A stretch of 64,000 bases of DNA from an uncultured Actinomycetota bacterium (lineage in GTDB: Bacteria > Actinomycetota > Actinomycetes > Actinomycetales > Dermatophilaceae). A program made the position numbers and the translations under genes. The notes under the pieces were generated by a model. That model made no database searches, was not told the DNA's origin, and was given only the letters and a program-made list of their open reading frames with translations. Shown here in pieces: positions 9,598 through 21,116 of this stretch (the first letter of the stretch is position 1; each line of letters opens with the position of its first letter). The DNA is taken from the NCBI GenBank assembly GCA_963724925.1, contig CAVRXF010000020.1:68816-132815 (forward strand). The letters are read 5' to 3'.

Positions 9598-9858
9598 GTG
9601 GCCAACATCAAGTCCCAGCTCAAACGAATCAAGACCAACGCCAAGCGCACCGAGCGCAACAAGGCCGTGAAGAGCGAGCTGCGTACGTGGATCCGCAAGT
9701 TCCGTGAAGCGGCTGCGACCGGCGACCCGGAGGCCGCAAACGCCGCCCTCAGGACCGCGTCGGCGAAGCTGGACAAGGCCGTTTCAAAAGGTGTGATCCA
9801 CGAGAACCAAGCCGCCAACCGGAAGTCGGCGATGGCCAGGAAGGCTGCCTCCCTGTGA
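9598..9858 (+). CDS. rpsT: 30S ribosomal protein S20
   Basis: [30 protein letters not shown]... is a typical S20 sequence of 86 aa with a GTG start. Confidence 0.95.
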   Translation: MANIKSQLKRIKTNAKRTERNKAVKSELRTWIRKFREAAATGDPEAANAALRTASAKLDKAVSKGVIHENQAANRKSAMARKAASL

Positions 9859-9982
9859 ACTACTGAGACAGCATGTGGCTCGGCCGCCCTGGCCTGTCCT
9901 GACCCCGGTCTGCGGGAGCGGCCGGGGCCGCGTGGGACACTAAGGCCGCACCCCGAGCCGCCGTCCTAGGGAACCACCGCCT

Positions 9983-11848
9983 GTGTCCCCCCGCGCCACG
10001 ACCGCGTTGCCGCCGCATGCGACGCCGCCGGATCGGATCCGCAACTTCTGCATCATCGCCCACATCGACCACGGCAAGTCGACGCTCGCCGACCGGATGC
10101 TGCAGCTCACCGGTGTCGTCGATGTTCGGGCCATGCGGGCGCAGTATCTGGACCGCATGGACATCGAGCGCGAACGCGGCATCACGATCAAGTCCCAGGC
10201 GGTCCGCATGCCGTGGGCCGTGAGCGCAGCGGAGCCCTCCGACCGAGACATTTACGCGCTCAACATGATCGACACACCTGGGCACGTGGACTTCTCCTAC
10301 GAGGTGTCCCGCTCGCTGGCGGCCTGCGAGGGTGCCGTCCTGCTCGTCGACGCGGCTCAAGGGATCGAGGCGCAGACGCTGGCCAACCTGTATCTGGCCA
10401 TGGAGAACGACCTGGCGATCATCCCGGTCCTCAACAAGATCGACCTGCCCGCGGCTCAGCCGGACAAGTATGCCGCTGAGCTCGCCGGGCTCATCGGCTG
10501 TGCCATCTCGGACTGCCTGCACGTCAGCGGGAAGACCGGCGAAGGAGTCGGGTGGCTGCTCGACGAGATCGTCCGCCAGGTGCCGCATCCGGTCGGCGAC
10601 CCCCGTGCGCCGGCCCGGGCGATGATCTTCGACTCGGTCTACGACACCTACCGTGGCGTGGTTACGTACGTCCGGGTGGTGGACGGCGACCTCAACCCGC
10701 GCGAGCGCATCCTGATGATGTCGACGCGAGCCACCCACGAGCTGCTCGAGATCGGCGTGTCCAGCCCTGAGCCGGAGCCGTCCAGGGGCCTGGGCGTGGG
10801 CGAGGTCGGCTACCTCATCACCGGCGTGAAGGACGTGCGCCAGTCCCGGGTCGGCGACACGGTGACCAACGCCTCCGCGCCCGCCGCTTCCTCCCTCGGC
10901 GGCTACCGCGACCCCAAGCCCATGGTCTTCTCCGGGTTGTACCCGATCGACGGCTCGGACTACCCCGACCTGCGTGAGGCGCTGGACAAGCTCAAGCTCA
11001 ACGACGCGGCCCTGGTGTACGAGCCGGAGACCTCAGCGGCGCTGGGGTTCGGGTTCCGGTGCGGATTCCTGGGCCTGCTGCACCTGGAGATCGTGCGCGA
11101 GCGGCTGGAGCGTGAGTCCGGCCTGGACCTCATCGCGACCCAGCCCAATGTCGTCTACGAGGTCGTCCTCGAAGACGACACGGTGGTCACCGTGACCAAC
11201 CCCAGCGAGTTCCCGGGCGGCAAAATCCGCGAGGTCCACGAGCCGGTGGTCCGCGCGACGATCCTCGCGCCCAGCGAGTTCATCGGCCCGATCATGGAGC
11301 TGTGCCAAGGCAAACGTGGCGCGCTGCGCGGCATGGACTACCTGTCGGCCGAGCGGGTCGAGATGCGCTACAGCCTCCCGCTCGCCGAGATCGTCTTCGA
11401 CTTCTTCGACCAGCTCAAGTCGCGCACGCGGGGGTACGCGTCCCTGGACTACGAGCCCGACGGTGACCAGGTGGCCGACCTGGTCCGGGTCGACATCCTG
11501 CTGCAGGGCGAGCAGGTCGACGCCTTCTCGGCGATCGTGCACAAGGACAAGGCCTACGCGTATGGCGTGCGGATGGCTGGGACGTTGCGCAGGCTCATCC
11601 CGCGCCAGCAGTTCGAGGTGCCCATCCAGGCGGCCGTCGGCTCTCGGATCATCGCCCGCGAGACGATCCGGGCGTTGCGCAAGGACGTGCTGGCCAAGTG
11701 CTACGGCGGCGACATCACCCGCAAGCGCAAGCTGCTCGAGCGCCAGAAGGAGGGCAAGAAACGGATGAAGATGGTCGGGCGGGTCGAGGTCCCGCAGGAG
11801 GCCTTCATCGCGGCCCTCTCCAGCGAGCCAGACCCCCCGAAGCGGTGA
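9983..11848 (+). CDS. lepA: translation elongation factor 4 (LepA)
   Basis: Contains [14 protein letters not shown] and NKID, plus a LepA C-terminal domain ending ...[22 protein letters not shown]. Confidence 0.96.
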   Translation: MSPRATTALPPHATPPDRIRNFCIIAHIDHGKSTLADRMLQLTGVVDVRAMRAQYLDRMDIERERGITIKSQAVRMPWAVSAAEPSDRDIYALNMIDTPGHVDFSYEVSRSLAACEGAVLLVDAAQGIEAQTLANLYLAMENDLAIIPVLNKIDLPAAQPDKYAAELAGLIGCAISDCLHVSGKTGEGVGWLLDEIVRQVPHPVGDPRAPARAMIFDSVYDTYRGVVTYVRVVDGDLNPRERILMMSTRATHELLEIGVSSPEPEPSRGLGVGEVGYLITGVKDVRQSRVGDTVTNASAPAASSLGGYRDPKPMVFSGLYPIDGSDYPDLREALDKLKLNDAALVYEPETSAALGFGFRCGFLGLLHLEIVRERLERESGLDLIATQPNVVYEVVLEDDTVVTVTNPSEFPGGKIREVHEPVVRATILAPSEFIGPIMELCQGKRGALRGMDYLSAERVEMRYSLPLAEIVFDFFDQLKSRTRGYASLDYEPDGDQVADLVRVDILLQGEQVDAFSAIVHKDKAYAYGVRMAGTLRRLIPRQQFEVPIQAAVGSRIIARETIRALRKDVLAKCYGGDITRKRKLLERQKEGKKRMKMVGRVEVPQEAFIAALSSEPDPPKR

Positions 11849-11939
11849 CCCGCCCTCGTAGGGCGCTGGCCGGGTGGGCGCGACCCCCTGTTGCGCAAGT
11901 GTGGCCGGCCGCGCCTTCTCGGGTGGTTACGCTACGGCA

Positions 11940-14900
11940 GTGATCCGCCTGACCCGTGCGAGCTTGGCCAACCGAACCGTCGTCGTTCTGGTGACCGTGG
12001 TTCTTCTCGTCGTCGGGCTGGTCGCCGCGAAGGCCCTCAAGCAGGAGCTCATCCCCTCTCTGGACGCCCCCTCGGCGAGCATTGTCACGGTGTATGCCGG
12101 TGCCGCACCTGAGGTCGTCGAGCAGGAGGTCACGCGACCGGTCGAGGACGCGGTCAAGGCGGTCGACGGCGTCACCCGGGTCACCTCCAAGAGCGCGAGC
12201 AGCCTGTCGCAGGTGCGGATCGAGTGGGACTACGGGACGAACGCGGACAAGGTCGTGGCCGACGTGCGCTCGGCCGTCGATGCCACCAAGTCGCAGCTGC
12301 CCGCCGACCTCACCTCGACCGTGTTCGCCGGCAGCTTCGACGACGTGCCGATCGTGCTGCTGTCGGTGTCCTCGACGGACTCGCCCGAGGTGCTCTCGGC
12401 CAAGCTGAAGAAGACCGTCGTGCCCAGGCTGAAGTCGGTGGCCGGGGTGCGCGACGTCGCCATCGGCGGAGAGCAGCAGCGCCAGGTCGTGATCACGTTG
12501 CGCCCAGCCGACCAGGACCGTCTCGGGGTGGACACGGGGACGCTGCCACAGGTCTTCGCGGCGAGCGGGATCGCCATCCCGGCCGGGTCGCTGCCATCCG
12601 GCGGAAACACCCTCGACGTCGAGGTGGGCAAGACCCTGCACAGCGTGGCCGAGGTGGCGGCCATCCAGGTCCAGGGCACCGACGGTCCCGTGGCGCTGTC
12701 CGAGATCGCCGATGTACGTGCGCAGCCCGTCGACACGACGTCGGTTTCGCGGGTCAACGGCAAACCGTCGCTCACGCTGGCGGTGACCAAGACCCCCGCA
12801 GGCAACACCGTCACCGTGTCGCAGGGGGTGCGGGCGGCGCTGCCGGACCTGAAGGTGGCGCTCGGGAACGGGTCCACCTTCGTCACCGTCTTCGACCAGG
12901 CGCCCTACATCGAGGACTCGATCCACGACCTGAGCGTCGAGGGAATGCTCGGCCTGCTCTTTGCGGTGCTCGTGATTCTCGTGTTCCTGTTGTCGGTGCG
13001 GCTCACGCTCATCACGGCCATCTCGATCCCGCTCTCGCTCGTCATGGCGCTGATCGGGCTGCGAGCCGGCGGCTACACCCTCAACATCCTCACGCTGGGC
13101 GCCCTCACCGTGGCGATCGGGCGCGTGGTCGACGACTCCATCGTCGTCATCGAGAACATCAAGCGCCATCACGGGCTGGGGGAGTTCGGGCCCCCCTCGA
13201 TCCTTCGGGCGGTGCGTGAGGTTGCCGGCGCGGTGACCAGCTCAACGCTGACGACCGTTGCCGTCTTCCTGCCGATCGGGCTGGTCTCAGGTCAGGCCGG
13301 GGAGCTGTTCCGGCCGTTCGCGGTGACCGTGACGATCGCCCTGCTTGCCTCACTCCTCGTCGCCCTCACCGTGGTGCCAGTGTTCGCGTGGTGGTTCATG
13401 CGCCCACCGCCGGAGCCGGCCGAGACCGAAGCGACACCCGACGCAGCACCCGCCGAGCCGGTTGAGCCCGTTGAGCAAGAGGCTGAGCACGAATCTCTGG
13501 TGGGGGGCCACGAGTCGCCGCGCACCCGCCTGCAGCGGGCCTACCTGCCGGTGCTGCGAGTCGCGCTTGGCCACCGCGCCCTGACCGTGGGGCTGGCCCT
13601 GTTGGTCTTCGTGGGAACCCTTGCCCTGGCTCCGCGGCTGAAGACCGACTTCCTCGGTGAGGCCGGCGCCACGACGTTACGGGTGGTGCAGGAGCTGCCG
13701 GCCGGCACCAGCCTGGCCCAGACCGACGCAGCGGCCGGGCGGCTAGAGCAGGTCCTACTTTCCGAGCCCACCGTCGAGTCGTTCCAGACGACGGTGGGGG
13801 GCAACCCGTCGCAGCTGTTCTTCGGCTCGCTGTCTGGGCCCAACGAGGCGTCCATGTCGGTGACCCTCAAGGTCGGCTCCCAGGGCGGCCAGGTCGCTGA
13901 TCGGCTGCGAACCCAGATCGGCGAGCTCCCCGACGTGGGCACCGTCGAGGTGGTTTCCGGCAACCAGAGCAGCGCCCTCGCGGTCGTCGTGGAGGGCTCC
14001 GACCCCGCCGCCTTGCGCACGGCCAGCGACCAGGTCGTCGGGATGCTGCGCGGCATACCCGATCTGGCGGACGTGCGCACCGACCTCACCGACGCAAAGC
14101 AGATGCTCAAGGTCGACCTCGATGCCGCGGCCGCGGCCAACGTCGGGATGGCCCAGGCCCAGGTCGGCAATGCCGTCACCCAGGCGGTCAAGGGAGCGCG
14201 CGTCGGCAGCATCAGCATCGAGGACACCAGCGTGGACGTGCTGCTGCGATCGCGCGAGCCGTTGACCAGCGTCGAGGAGCTGCAGAACCTGGTCCTGCCG
14301 GTGACCGCGAAACAGACTGCGGACGCGCGCAAGGCGGCAGCCGACGCGGCCCAGGACCGCCAGAAGGCGCTGCAGGATCGCAGCCAAGCCGACCAGCAGG
14401 CCGCGCTGACCGACCAGATCGCCACCCTGCGCAAGAACCGCGACAAGGCCTCCGGCCAGGTCGACACGATCAACGGGCAGCTTTCCGACCTGCGCACCAA
14501 CCTCGCTGCGCTCGCCTCCCTGCCGCCCGGGCTGGCGCCGCAGGCGACTGCGGCCAACCCCGCCGCTGCCCTGCAGACCCAGATCGCAGCACTGGAGAAG
14601 TCGCTTACTGCGGCCGAGGAGCAGGAGAAGGCCGTCGACGACAGTATCGCCAAGGCCTTGCAGAGCCAGGCGAAAGGCCGGCAACAGCGGGCCGAGTCCG
14701 AGGAGGTGGCGCAGGCGCTCAAGGACGCCCAGACCGCCAAGGCGACCCCGGTGCATCTCGGCCAGGTCGCCGCCGTGCGCATGACGAGCTCGCCCGCGTC
14801 GGTCGCCCGGGTGGACGGAGCCCGAGCTGCCACGGTGACCGCGACCCCGTCCGGCTCCGACCTCGGAGCGACGACCGCGGCGGTGCGCACCGGGCTGGCC

Positions 14901-15512
14901 CGGGTGCAGCTTCCCGACGGCGTGACGGTGCGGCTCGGGGGCGTGTCCGAGCGCCAGCAGGAGTCGTTCGCCCAGCTCGGCCTGGCCATGCTCATGGCGA
15001 TTGCGATCGTCTACCTCATCATGGTGGCGACCTTCAAGTCCCTGCTGCAGCCGCTGATCCTCATGGTGTCCGTACCGTTCGCGGCCACCGGTGCGTTGGG
15101 GCTGCTGCTGCTGACCGACACGCCGCTTGGCATCCCGGCGATGATCGGGCTGCTCATGCTCATCGGGATCGTGGTGACCAATGCGATCGTGCTCATTGAC
15201 CTGATCAACCAGTACCGCAGCCGTGGTGAGAGCGTCCAGGACGCCATCATCGACGGTGCCCGGCTGCGGCTGCGTCCCATCATCATGACGGCGCTGGCGA
15301 CCATCTGTGCCCTCGCCCCGATGGCTTTGGGCGTCACCGGCGGAGGCATCTTCATCTCTAGACCGCTGGCGATCGTCGTCATCGGTGGTCTGGTGTCCTC
15401 GACGGTGCTGACCCTCGTGCTGGTACCGGTGCTCTTCGACATTGTCGAGCGGCTCCGGGCGCGTCGGGCGGCCCGCCGTGAGCCGGTCAGCGAGGTCGCT
15501 CCGGCAGGCTGA
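11940..15512 (+). CDS. RND-superfamily efflux transporter permease (AcrB/AcrD/AcrF-like) with coiled-coil insertion
   Basis: 12-TM RND architecture with two large extracytoplasmic loops. The N-terminus is typical (IRLTRASLANRTVVVL...; GTG at 11940). A roughly 146-aa Ala/Gln/Lys-rich insert lies in loop 2. Confidence 0.85.
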   Translation: MIRLTRASLANRTVVVLVTVVLLVVGLVAAKALKQELIPSLDAPSASIVTVYAGAAPEVVEQEVTRPVEDAVKAVDGVTRVTSKSASSLSQVRIEWDYGTNADKVVADVRSAVDATKSQLPADLTSTVFAGSFDDVPIVLLSVSSTDSPEVLSAKLKKTVVPRLKSVAGVRDVAIGGEQQRQVVITLRPADQDRLGVDTGTLPQVFAASGIAIPAGSLPSGGNTLDVEVGKTLHSVAEVAAIQVQGTDGPVALSEIADVRAQPVDTTSVSRVNGKPSLTLAVTKTPAGNTVTVSQGVRAALPDLKVALGNGSTFVTVFDQAPYIEDSIHDLSVEGMLGLLFAVLVILVFLLSVRLTLITAISIPLSLVMALIGLRAGGYTLNILTLGALTVAIGRVVDDSIVVIENIKRHHGLGEFGPPSILRAVREVAGAVTSSTLTTVAVFLPIGLVSGQAGELFRPFAVTVTIALLASLLVALTVVPVFAWWFMRPPPEPAETEATPDAAPAEPVEPVEQEAEHESLVGGHESPRTRLQRAYLPVLRVALGHRALTVGLALLVFVGTLALAPRLKTDFLGEAGATTLRVVQELPAGTSLAQTDAAAGRLEQVLLSEPTVESFQTTVGGNPSQLFFGSLSGPNEASMSVTLKVGSQGGQVADRLRTQIGELPDVGTVEVVSGNQSSALAVVVEGSDPAALRTASDQVVGMLRGIPDLADVRTDLTDAKQMLKVDLDAAAAANVGMAQAQVGNAVTQAVKGARVGSISIEDTSVDVLLRSREPLTSVEELQNLVLPVTAKQTADARKAAADAAQDRQKALQDRSQADQQAALTDQIATLRKNRDKASGQVDTINGQLSDLRTNLAALASLPPGLAPQATAANPAAALQTQIAALEKSLTAAEEQEKAVDDSIAKALQSQAKGRQQRAESEEVAQALKDAQTAKATPVHLGQVAAVRMTSSPASVARVDGARAATVTATPSGSDLGATTAAVRTGLARVQLPDGVTVRLGGVSERQQESFAQLGLAMLMAIAIVYLIMVATFKSLLQPLILMVSVPFAATGALGLLLLTDTPLGIPAMIGLLMLIGIVVTNAIVLIDLINQYRSRGESVQDAIIDGARLRLRPIIMTALATICALAPMALGVTGGGIFISRPLAIVVIGGLVSSTVLTLVLVPVLFDIVERLRARRAARREPVSEVAPAG

Positions 15513-16502
15513 TCACTGACGCAGCTTGGCTCGCAGGCGCGCGGTGTCGGCGTCGGTCCAGCCTTGGGCGGCCAGCCAGCCCAGGACACCGCCGTGCCGA
15601 GTGTCCAGGGTGCCCAACAGGCGCGCCATCGTCTCCACGCGCGGCGACTGCTCGTCGACGGTCTTGCCGACGATGGTGTCGGCGTAGGCCGCCCGGCGCA
15701 TCAGCCGCTCGAGGATAAGCGGCACCCGCTCGGCGGATGCGGCGAAGTCGGCCATGATCGCCGCAGGCACCGCACCGACGGCCGTCAGGGCGAGCCCGAC
15801 GATGGTGCCGGTGCGGTCCTTGCCGGCCGCGCAGTGCACGATCACCGCGCCTTCGGCGTCCGCGATGGCGCGCAGCGCCGCGACGATGCTGTCCGGCCGC
15901 TCGTCGAGGTAGTTCAGGTAGTGCCCGGACCAGTGCGCGTCGTGGTCGAGATCCGCCGGGGTCGTCGTCGCTCCGTCGCGGCCCTTGGCCCAGGGCAGCT
16001 CCCGCTCGCCGGCAGGTATGCCGCCCTCGTGCGAGTCAGCGGCGTACAACGTGAAGTGGTGGAGGCGGACCTTCGGGCATGCGGCCAGCGGGCCGTCGCC
16101 CTCTCGCGCCAGCTCGACGAAGCTGCGCAGGTCGACCACGTCGGTCACCCCGATGTCGTCGACGAGCCGGGCCACGTCCGTCGCCGTGAGGTCCTGCAGG
16201 TTGTCGCTGCGGATCAGCCGGTTGGCGGCGATCCGGCCGCCGTCGAGCGTGGGGATGCCCCCGACGTCGCGCATGTTGACGCAACCGTCGAGGTCGATCC
16301 ACCGGATGTCGTGCACGCAATGAACGATAGGCCGGGTGCGGCGGTCTGGGAGAATCCCGGTGCTGCCCAGCTGGGTCCTGATCGCCTCCGCTAACGGCGC
16401 GACTGCGAGGCCCGCGCCCGAGCAGCAGCACCCCGCATCTCCCGCGAGCGCCGAATTCCAGATTGCACACCGGATCCGGTGGTTGATCCGGAATTTCGTC
16501 AT
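15513..16502 (-). CDS. protein-tyrosine phosphatase family protein
   Basis: The CX5R P-loop is HCAAGKDRTG. The conserved part begins near WIDLDGCVNMRDVGG, so an internal GTG at 16316 is a plausible true start. Confidence 0.8.
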   Translation of the reverse strand: MTKFRINHRIRCAIWNSALAGDAGCCCSGAGLAVAPLAEAIRTQLGSTGILPDRRTRPIVHCVHDIRWIDLDGCVNMRDVGGIPTLDGGRIAANRLIRSDNLQDLTATDVARLVDDIGVTDVVDLRSFVELAREGDGPLAACPKVRLHHFTLYAADSHEGGIPAGERELPWAKGRDGATTTPADLDHDAHWSGHYLNYLDERPDSIVAALRAIADAEGAVIVHCAAGKDRTGTIVGLALTAVGAVPAAIMADFAASAERVPLILERLMRRAAYADTIVGKTVDEQSPRVETMARLLGTLDTRHGGVLGWLAAQGWTDADTARLRAKLRQ

Positions 16503-16710
16503 GCCACTGTTACCGCTGTTGCTGGTGTGACTGATGTGCTGACTCAGGCCGCACCGGCGATGCCGACCCAGCGCTACCTCGGATCAGGCTGCCTGGCGGC
16601 GGATCAGTACCGAGCGTCAAGAGCCGCCGAGCGTGGCAGCATCTCGGTGCTCGGTGCGCTCTTGCTGATCGACGACGAGAGGGCCTGCGGCGGTCTGGGA
16701 GAATTACGAG

Positions 16711-17934
16711 ATGCTGTCCCGCCGGCCCGAGGGCGAGCCCGCGCCCGTCACAGGCGAACTTCCGCCGGACGCGCTAGGACGAATGCCGCCAGCACCCCTC
16801 GGCGTCTATATGCACGTGCCGTTCTGCCGGGTCCGGTGCGGGTACTGCGACTTCAACACCTACACCCCCGCTGAGCTCTCCGGTGCGCCCGGCTCGTCCC
16901 AGCCGGTCTATCTCGAGGCGGTGCAGCGCGAGTTAGACCTCGCCGTCTCGGTGCTCGGGCCGGACGTCCCGCGTGTCGAGACGGTGTTCTTCGGCGGCGG
17001 GACACCGACCGTGCTGCCAGGTGACGCTCTTGTGAGCCTGCTGCACGGCATACGCGAGCGGTGGGGCCTGGCCTCGGACGCAGAGGTGACCGTCGAGGCG
17101 AACCCCGACTCGGTGACCCCGCGCCTGCTTCGCGTGCTCGCGGCGGCGGGGTACACGCGGGTCAGCCTCGGGATGCAGTCCGCGGTGCCGCACGTGCTGG
17201 CGACGCTCGAGCGCACCCACCACCCTGACAATGTGGGCGCGGCGGTCAGCGCGGCGCGGGACGCCGGGCTCGCGGTCAGCGTCGACCTCATCTACGGGAC
17301 ACCGGGGGAGTCGATGCGGGACTGGCAGCGCAGCCTGACGGCCGCGCTGGCGCTGCAGCCCGACCATGTCTCGGCCTACGCGCTGGTCGTGGAGGAGGGC
17401 ACCCGGCTGGCTGCCCGGGTGCGCCGAGGGCAGCTGCCGGCTCCCGACGACGACGACCTGGCCGCAAAGTACGAGCTCGCGGACACCATGCTGTCCGCGG
17501 CGGGGCTCACGTGGTACGAGGTGAGCAACTGGGCGCGCCTACCGGAGCACCGATGTCGGCACAACATCGGGTATTGGCGGGGAGCCAACTGGTGGGGCTT
17601 CGGTCCCGGCGCGCACTCACACGTGGGTGGGGTGCGTTGGTGGAACGTGCGCCACCCCACGGCATACGGGGCTCGGCTCGCTGACGGCACCTCCCCGGCG
17701 GCCGGCCGTGAGGTGCTCACAGCCGACGAGCGCTACGACGAGCGGGTCATGCTCGGCATCCGGCTGGCCGAGGGGCTGCCAATCGAGGCACTGCGGCCCG
17801 AGGGGGCGCGTGCGGTGTCCGGCCTGGTCGCAGAGGGACTGCTCCACGGAACGGCAGCCGGAGACGACCGGCTGGTGCTGTCCGGACGCGGACGACTGCT
17901 CGCCGACACGGTGGTCCGCACCATGCTGGGCTGA
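16711..17934 (+). CDS. hemW: radical SAM heme chaperone HemW (HemN-like)
   Basis: The CxxxCxxC motif appears as [11 protein letters not shown], followed by a HemN_C-like C-terminal part. Confidence 0.9.
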   Translation: MLSRRPEGEPAPVTGELPPDALGRMPPAPLGVYMHVPFCRVRCGYCDFNTYTPAELSGAPGSSQPVYLEAVQRELDLAVSVLGPDVPRVETVFFGGGTPTVLPGDALVSLLHGIRERWGLASDAEVTVEANPDSVTPRLLRVLAAAGYTRVSLGMQSAVPHVLATLERTHHPDNVGAAVSAARDAGLAVSVDLIYGTPGESMRDWQRSLTAALALQPDHVSAYALVVEEGTRLAARVRRGQLPAPDDDDLAAKYELADTMLSAAGLTWYEVSNWARLPEHRCRHNIGYWRGANWWGFGPGAHSHVGGVRWWNVRHPTAYGARLADGTSPAAGREVLTADERYDERVMLGIRLAEGLPIEALRPEGARAVSGLVAEGLLHGTAAGDDRLVLSGRGRLLADTVVRTMLG

Positions 17935-17971
17935 GCTTGGCATCCGGAGGCAGGCGGCAAGACGGCGTAGA

Positions 17972-17998
17972 CTGGCACTCAGCCGGTGAGAGTGCCAA
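17972..17998 (+). promoter_or_regulatory. CIRCE operator (HrcA binding site)
   Basis: CTGGCACTC-N9-GAGTGCCAA compares well with the consensus TTAGCACTC-N9-GAGTGCTAA. It lies 62 nt upstream of the hrcA start. Confidence 0.8.
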
Positions 17999-18059
17999 TG
18001 CGGGACCTGGGCACGGGGAGCCGGCTAACCGGCATCCCAAGGCGTCGTGGGGAGGTGAG

Positions 18060-19091
18060 ATGAGCGAGGAACGCAGGCTGGCTGTGCTGCGGGCCATCGT
18101 GCAGGACTACGTCCGCACCTGCGAGCCGGTCGGCTCCAAGGCGCTGGTCGAGCGCTACCAGTTCGGCGTTTCCGCGGCGACCGTGCGCAACGACATGGCG
18201 CTGCTGGAGGAGGAGGGGCTTATCCACGCCCCGCACACGTCCGCCGGCCGGGTGCCGACTGACGCCGGGTACCGGATGTTCGTCGACCGGCTCAGCAGCA
18301 TGCGGCCGCTGTCGGGGGCCGAACGACGAGCGATCGAGACCTTCCTTGGCGGCGCAGTCGACCTCGACGACGTCGTGGACCGGACCGTGCGGCTGCTGTC
18401 GTCGCTGACCCACCATGTCGCGGTCGTGCAGTACCCGTCGCTCACCCGCTCGACCGTCCGCCACATCGAGCTTGTGCCCATGGGCCGCGGCCGGGTGATG
18501 GTCGTGCTCATCGGTGATACCGGTCGCGTCGAGCAGCGGGTCGTCGACCTCGGGCGAGCCATGGACGAGGAGGGCGGCGAGGTGCTGCTGGGCCGCCTGC
18601 GCGCCGAGATCGGTGCCGAGGCCAGCGGCCACCCGTTCCCGCAGGCGTCCGCCCGGCTGAGTTCGCTGCCCGACCGGTTCGACCCGGCCGACCGAGACGC
18701 GGTCCGCGCGGTGCTCGGCGCTCTCGACGACGCGCTGGTCGAGGAGCGGGAGGAGCGCGTGGTCCTGGCCGGCACCAGCCACCTGGCCCGCCTCGGCGGT
18801 GACTTCCCCAGCACGATCGGCCCGGTGCTCGAGGCCCTCGAGGAGCACGTCGTGCTGCTGAAGCTGTTCGGCACGTTGGGCCACGGGCGCGACGCCGTGG
18901 CGGTGCGGATCGGCCACGAGAACCCGCACGCGGGGCTGCGCTCGACCTCGGTCGTGTCGACCGGCTACGGCGTCGGCTCGGAGGTGCTCGCCGGGCTCGG
19001 GGTGCTCGGCCCGACGCGGATGGACTACCCGGCTGCCATGGCCAGCGTGCGCGCTGTGGCGGCGTACGTCTCTTACCTGCTGGAACCCTGA
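18060..19091 (+). CDS. hrcA: heat-inducible transcription repressor HrcA
   Basis: N-terminal winged helix reads [24 protein letters not shown]...[22 protein letters not shown] lies upstream of ATG 18060. Confidence 0.94.
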   Translation: MSEERRLAVLRAIVQDYVRTCEPVGSKALVERYQFGVSAATVRNDMALLEEEGLIHAPHTSAGRVPTDAGYRMFVDRLSSMRPLSGAERRAIETFLGGAVDLDDVVDRTVRLLSSLTHHVAVVQYPSLTRSTVRHIELVPMGRGRVMVVLIGDTGRVEQRVVDLGRAMDEEGGEVLLGRLRAEIGAEASGHPFPQASARLSSLPDRFDPADRDAVRAVLGALDDALVEEREERVVLAGTSHLARLGGDFPSTIGPVLEALEEHVVLLKLFGTLGHGRDAVAVRIGHENPHAGLRSTSVVSTGYGVGSEVLAGLGVLGPTRMDYPAAMASVRAVAAYVSYLLEP

Positions 19092-19117
19092 CCGCTGCTG
19101 CAGGACAAGGACATTCG

Positions 19118-20245
19118 TTGAGCGACTACTACCAGGACCTTGGGGTCACCCCCGACGCCAGCGTCGAGGACATCAAACGCGCCTACCGCCGGCTGGCCCG
19201 CAAGCTGCACCCCGATGTCAACCAGGGCACCGAGGCCGAGGAGGCGTTCAAGCAGGTCTCGCGGGCCTACGAGGTGCTGTCCGATCCAGACAAGCGCCGG
19301 TCCTACGACATGGGCGTCGACCCCTTCGCCCAGGCCGGGGCTGGCGGGTTCAACGGGCAGGGCTTCTCCTTCAGCGACGTCATGGACGCCTTCTTCGGCG
19401 GCGCGGCCACGACCGCACGCGGTCCGCGCTCTCGCGTGCACCGGGGCCAGGACGCGCTCGTGCGCATGCAGGTCGAGCTGCACGCAGCCGTCTTCGGCTC
19501 GCAGGAAGAGCTGACCATCGAGACCGCCGTGCGCTGCAGCAGCTGTCACGGTGACGGCGCTCAGCCCGGCACCGGCCTTCGCCAGTGCGCCATCTGCCAC
19601 GGTCGCGGTGAGGTCCAGACGGTGCAGCGCTCCTTCCTCGGCCAGGTCATGACCTCCCGGCCGTGCCAGGCGTGCCACGGGTACGGCAGCGTCATCACCC
19701 ATCCGTGCTTCGAGTGCTCCGGCCAAGGGCGGGTGCGCACCCGGCGCACCCTTACCCTCAAGGTGCCGGCGGGCGTCGACTCGGGAACCCGCATCCAGCT
19801 GGCCGGCGAAGGTGAGGTCGGCACCGGCGGTGGCCCGCCCGGGGACCTCTACGTCGAGGTCGCGGTCGCCCCCCACCCGACCTACACGCGACGGGGCGAC
19901 GACCTGCATTGCACCATCGAGATCCCCATGACCGCAGCGGCTCTCGGCACGATGATCGAGCTTGAGACGCTCGACGGCACGCACCCGTTGGACGTGCGGG
20001 CCGGAACGCAGGCGGGCGAGGTGTTCACCCTGAAGAGCCTTGGGGTCACCCACCTGCGCGGCACCGGCCGCGGCGACCTGATCGTGCACGCGAGCGTGCA
20101 GACCCCGATCCGGCTCACCGAGCAGCAGGAGGCGCTGTTGCGCCAGCTGGCGACCCTGCGTGGGGAGGAGCGGCCCGTCGGCCGGCTCGCCGAGGCCGAC
20201 AAGGGGCTGTTCGGCAAGCTGCGCGATGCGTGGAAAGGGCTCTGA
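19118..20245 (+). CDS. dnaJ: molecular chaperone DnaJ
   Basis: J domain carries HPD (KLHPDVN) and there are four CxxCxGxG zinc-finger repeats. The start codon is TTG. Confidence 0.95.
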   Translation: MSDYYQDLGVTPDASVEDIKRAYRRLARKLHPDVNQGTEAEEAFKQVSRAYEVLSDPDKRRSYDMGVDPFAQAGAGGFNGQGFSFSDVMDAFFGGAATTARGPRSRVHRGQDALVRMQVELHAAVFGSQEELTIETAVRCSSCHGDGAQPGTGLRQCAICHGRGEVQTVQRSFLGQVMTSRPCQACHGYGSVITHPCFECSGQGRVRTRRTLTLKVPAGVDSGTRIQLAGEGEVGTGGGPPGDLYVEVAVAPHPTYTRRGDDLHCTIEIPMTAAALGTMIELETLDGTHPLDVRAGTQAGEVFTLKSLGVTHLRGTGRGDLIVHASVQTPIRLTEQQEALLRQLATLRGEERPVGRLAEADKGLFGKLRDAWKGL

Positions 20246-20264
20246 CGCTTCGGGGTCGGCCGCG

Positions 20265-21008
20265 GTGACCGCCAGGCAGTTCCTCGTGCCCACGGCAGCG
20301 CTCGGGGCTGGCCAACCAGGAGACCTTGTCGTCGTCGACGGCTCCGAAGGGCGGCACGCGGCTTCCGTGGTCCGCCTGGCGCTTGGCGAGCGGGTGCTCC
20401 TCGGCGACGGCGCGGGCCGCCGGGCGCTGGCCGAGGTCGTCGCAAGCGACCGGCATACCGTCACCGCTCTGGTCCTCGACCTGCAGACCGAGCCGGCGCC
20501 GGCCGTCCGGCTCGTCCTCGTCCAGGCCCTGGCGAAGGCCGGCCGCGACGAGCAGGCAGTTGAGGCCGCGACGGAGCTGGGCGTGGACGTCGTCGTGCCG
20601 TGGCAGGCCGCCCGCGCCGTCGTGCAGTGGCGCGGCGAGCGGGCCGGCAAAGGCCGCGCGCGCTGGCAGGCCGTCGTGACCAGCGCCGTCAAAACGTCGC
20701 GTCGCTTCTACGTGCCCGAGGTTGGTGCCGTGGCAGGGCAGGCGGAGGTCGAGGCTCTGCTTGGCCATGCCGCCCTCGGCCTGGTGCTCGACCCGCAGGC
20801 CAGTAGGCCGATTGCGTCGGCCACCCTGCCGTCGGTCGGGACGATTGTGGTCGTCGTCGGCCCAGAGGGCGGCATCGAGGATGGCGAGCTCGCCGGGTTC
20901 GTGGCCGCAGGCGGTATGCCGGTGCGCCTGGGCCGCGAGGTGCTGCGCTCGTCGACCGCCGGTCCGGCGGCGCTGGCCGTCCTCAGCGCCCGGTTCCGCT
21001 GGACATAA
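20265..21008 (+). CDS. rsmE: 16S rRNA (uracil1498-N3)-methyltransferase RsmE
   Basis: SPOUT C-terminal domain contains VVVGPEGG and GxRVLRxxTA. The start is uncertain: GTG 20265 or ATG 20226. Confidence 0.85.
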   Translation: MTARQFLVPTAALGAGQPGDLVVVDGSEGRHAASVVRLALGERVLLGDGAGRRALAEVVASDRHTVTALVLDLQTEPAPAVRLVLVQALAKAGRDEQAVEAATELGVDVVVPWQAARAVVQWRGERAGKGRARWQAVVTSAVKTSRRFYVPEVGAVAGQAEVEALLGHAALGLVLDPQASRPIASATLPSVGTIVVVVGPEGGIEDGELAGFVAAGGMPVRLGREVLRSSTAGPAALAVLSARFRWT

Positions 21009-21033
21009 CGAGCCCGCCTTGGGGTCGACCCTT

Positions 21034-21094
21034 CGCGAGTGGAGCCAAATGGTTGCCAAACCGGGCCGGAAACAACCATTCGGCTCCACTCGCG
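21034..21094. terminator. long hairpin between convergent genes (bidirectional terminator candidate)
   Basis: CGCGAGTGGAGCCAAATGGTTG (21034-21055) pairs with CAACCATTCGGCTCCACTCGCG (21073-21094) at 21 of 22 positions, with a 17-nt loop. Confidence 0.6.
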
Positions 21095-21116
21095 GGCTTG
21101 GTGCTCAGCAGGGGCG

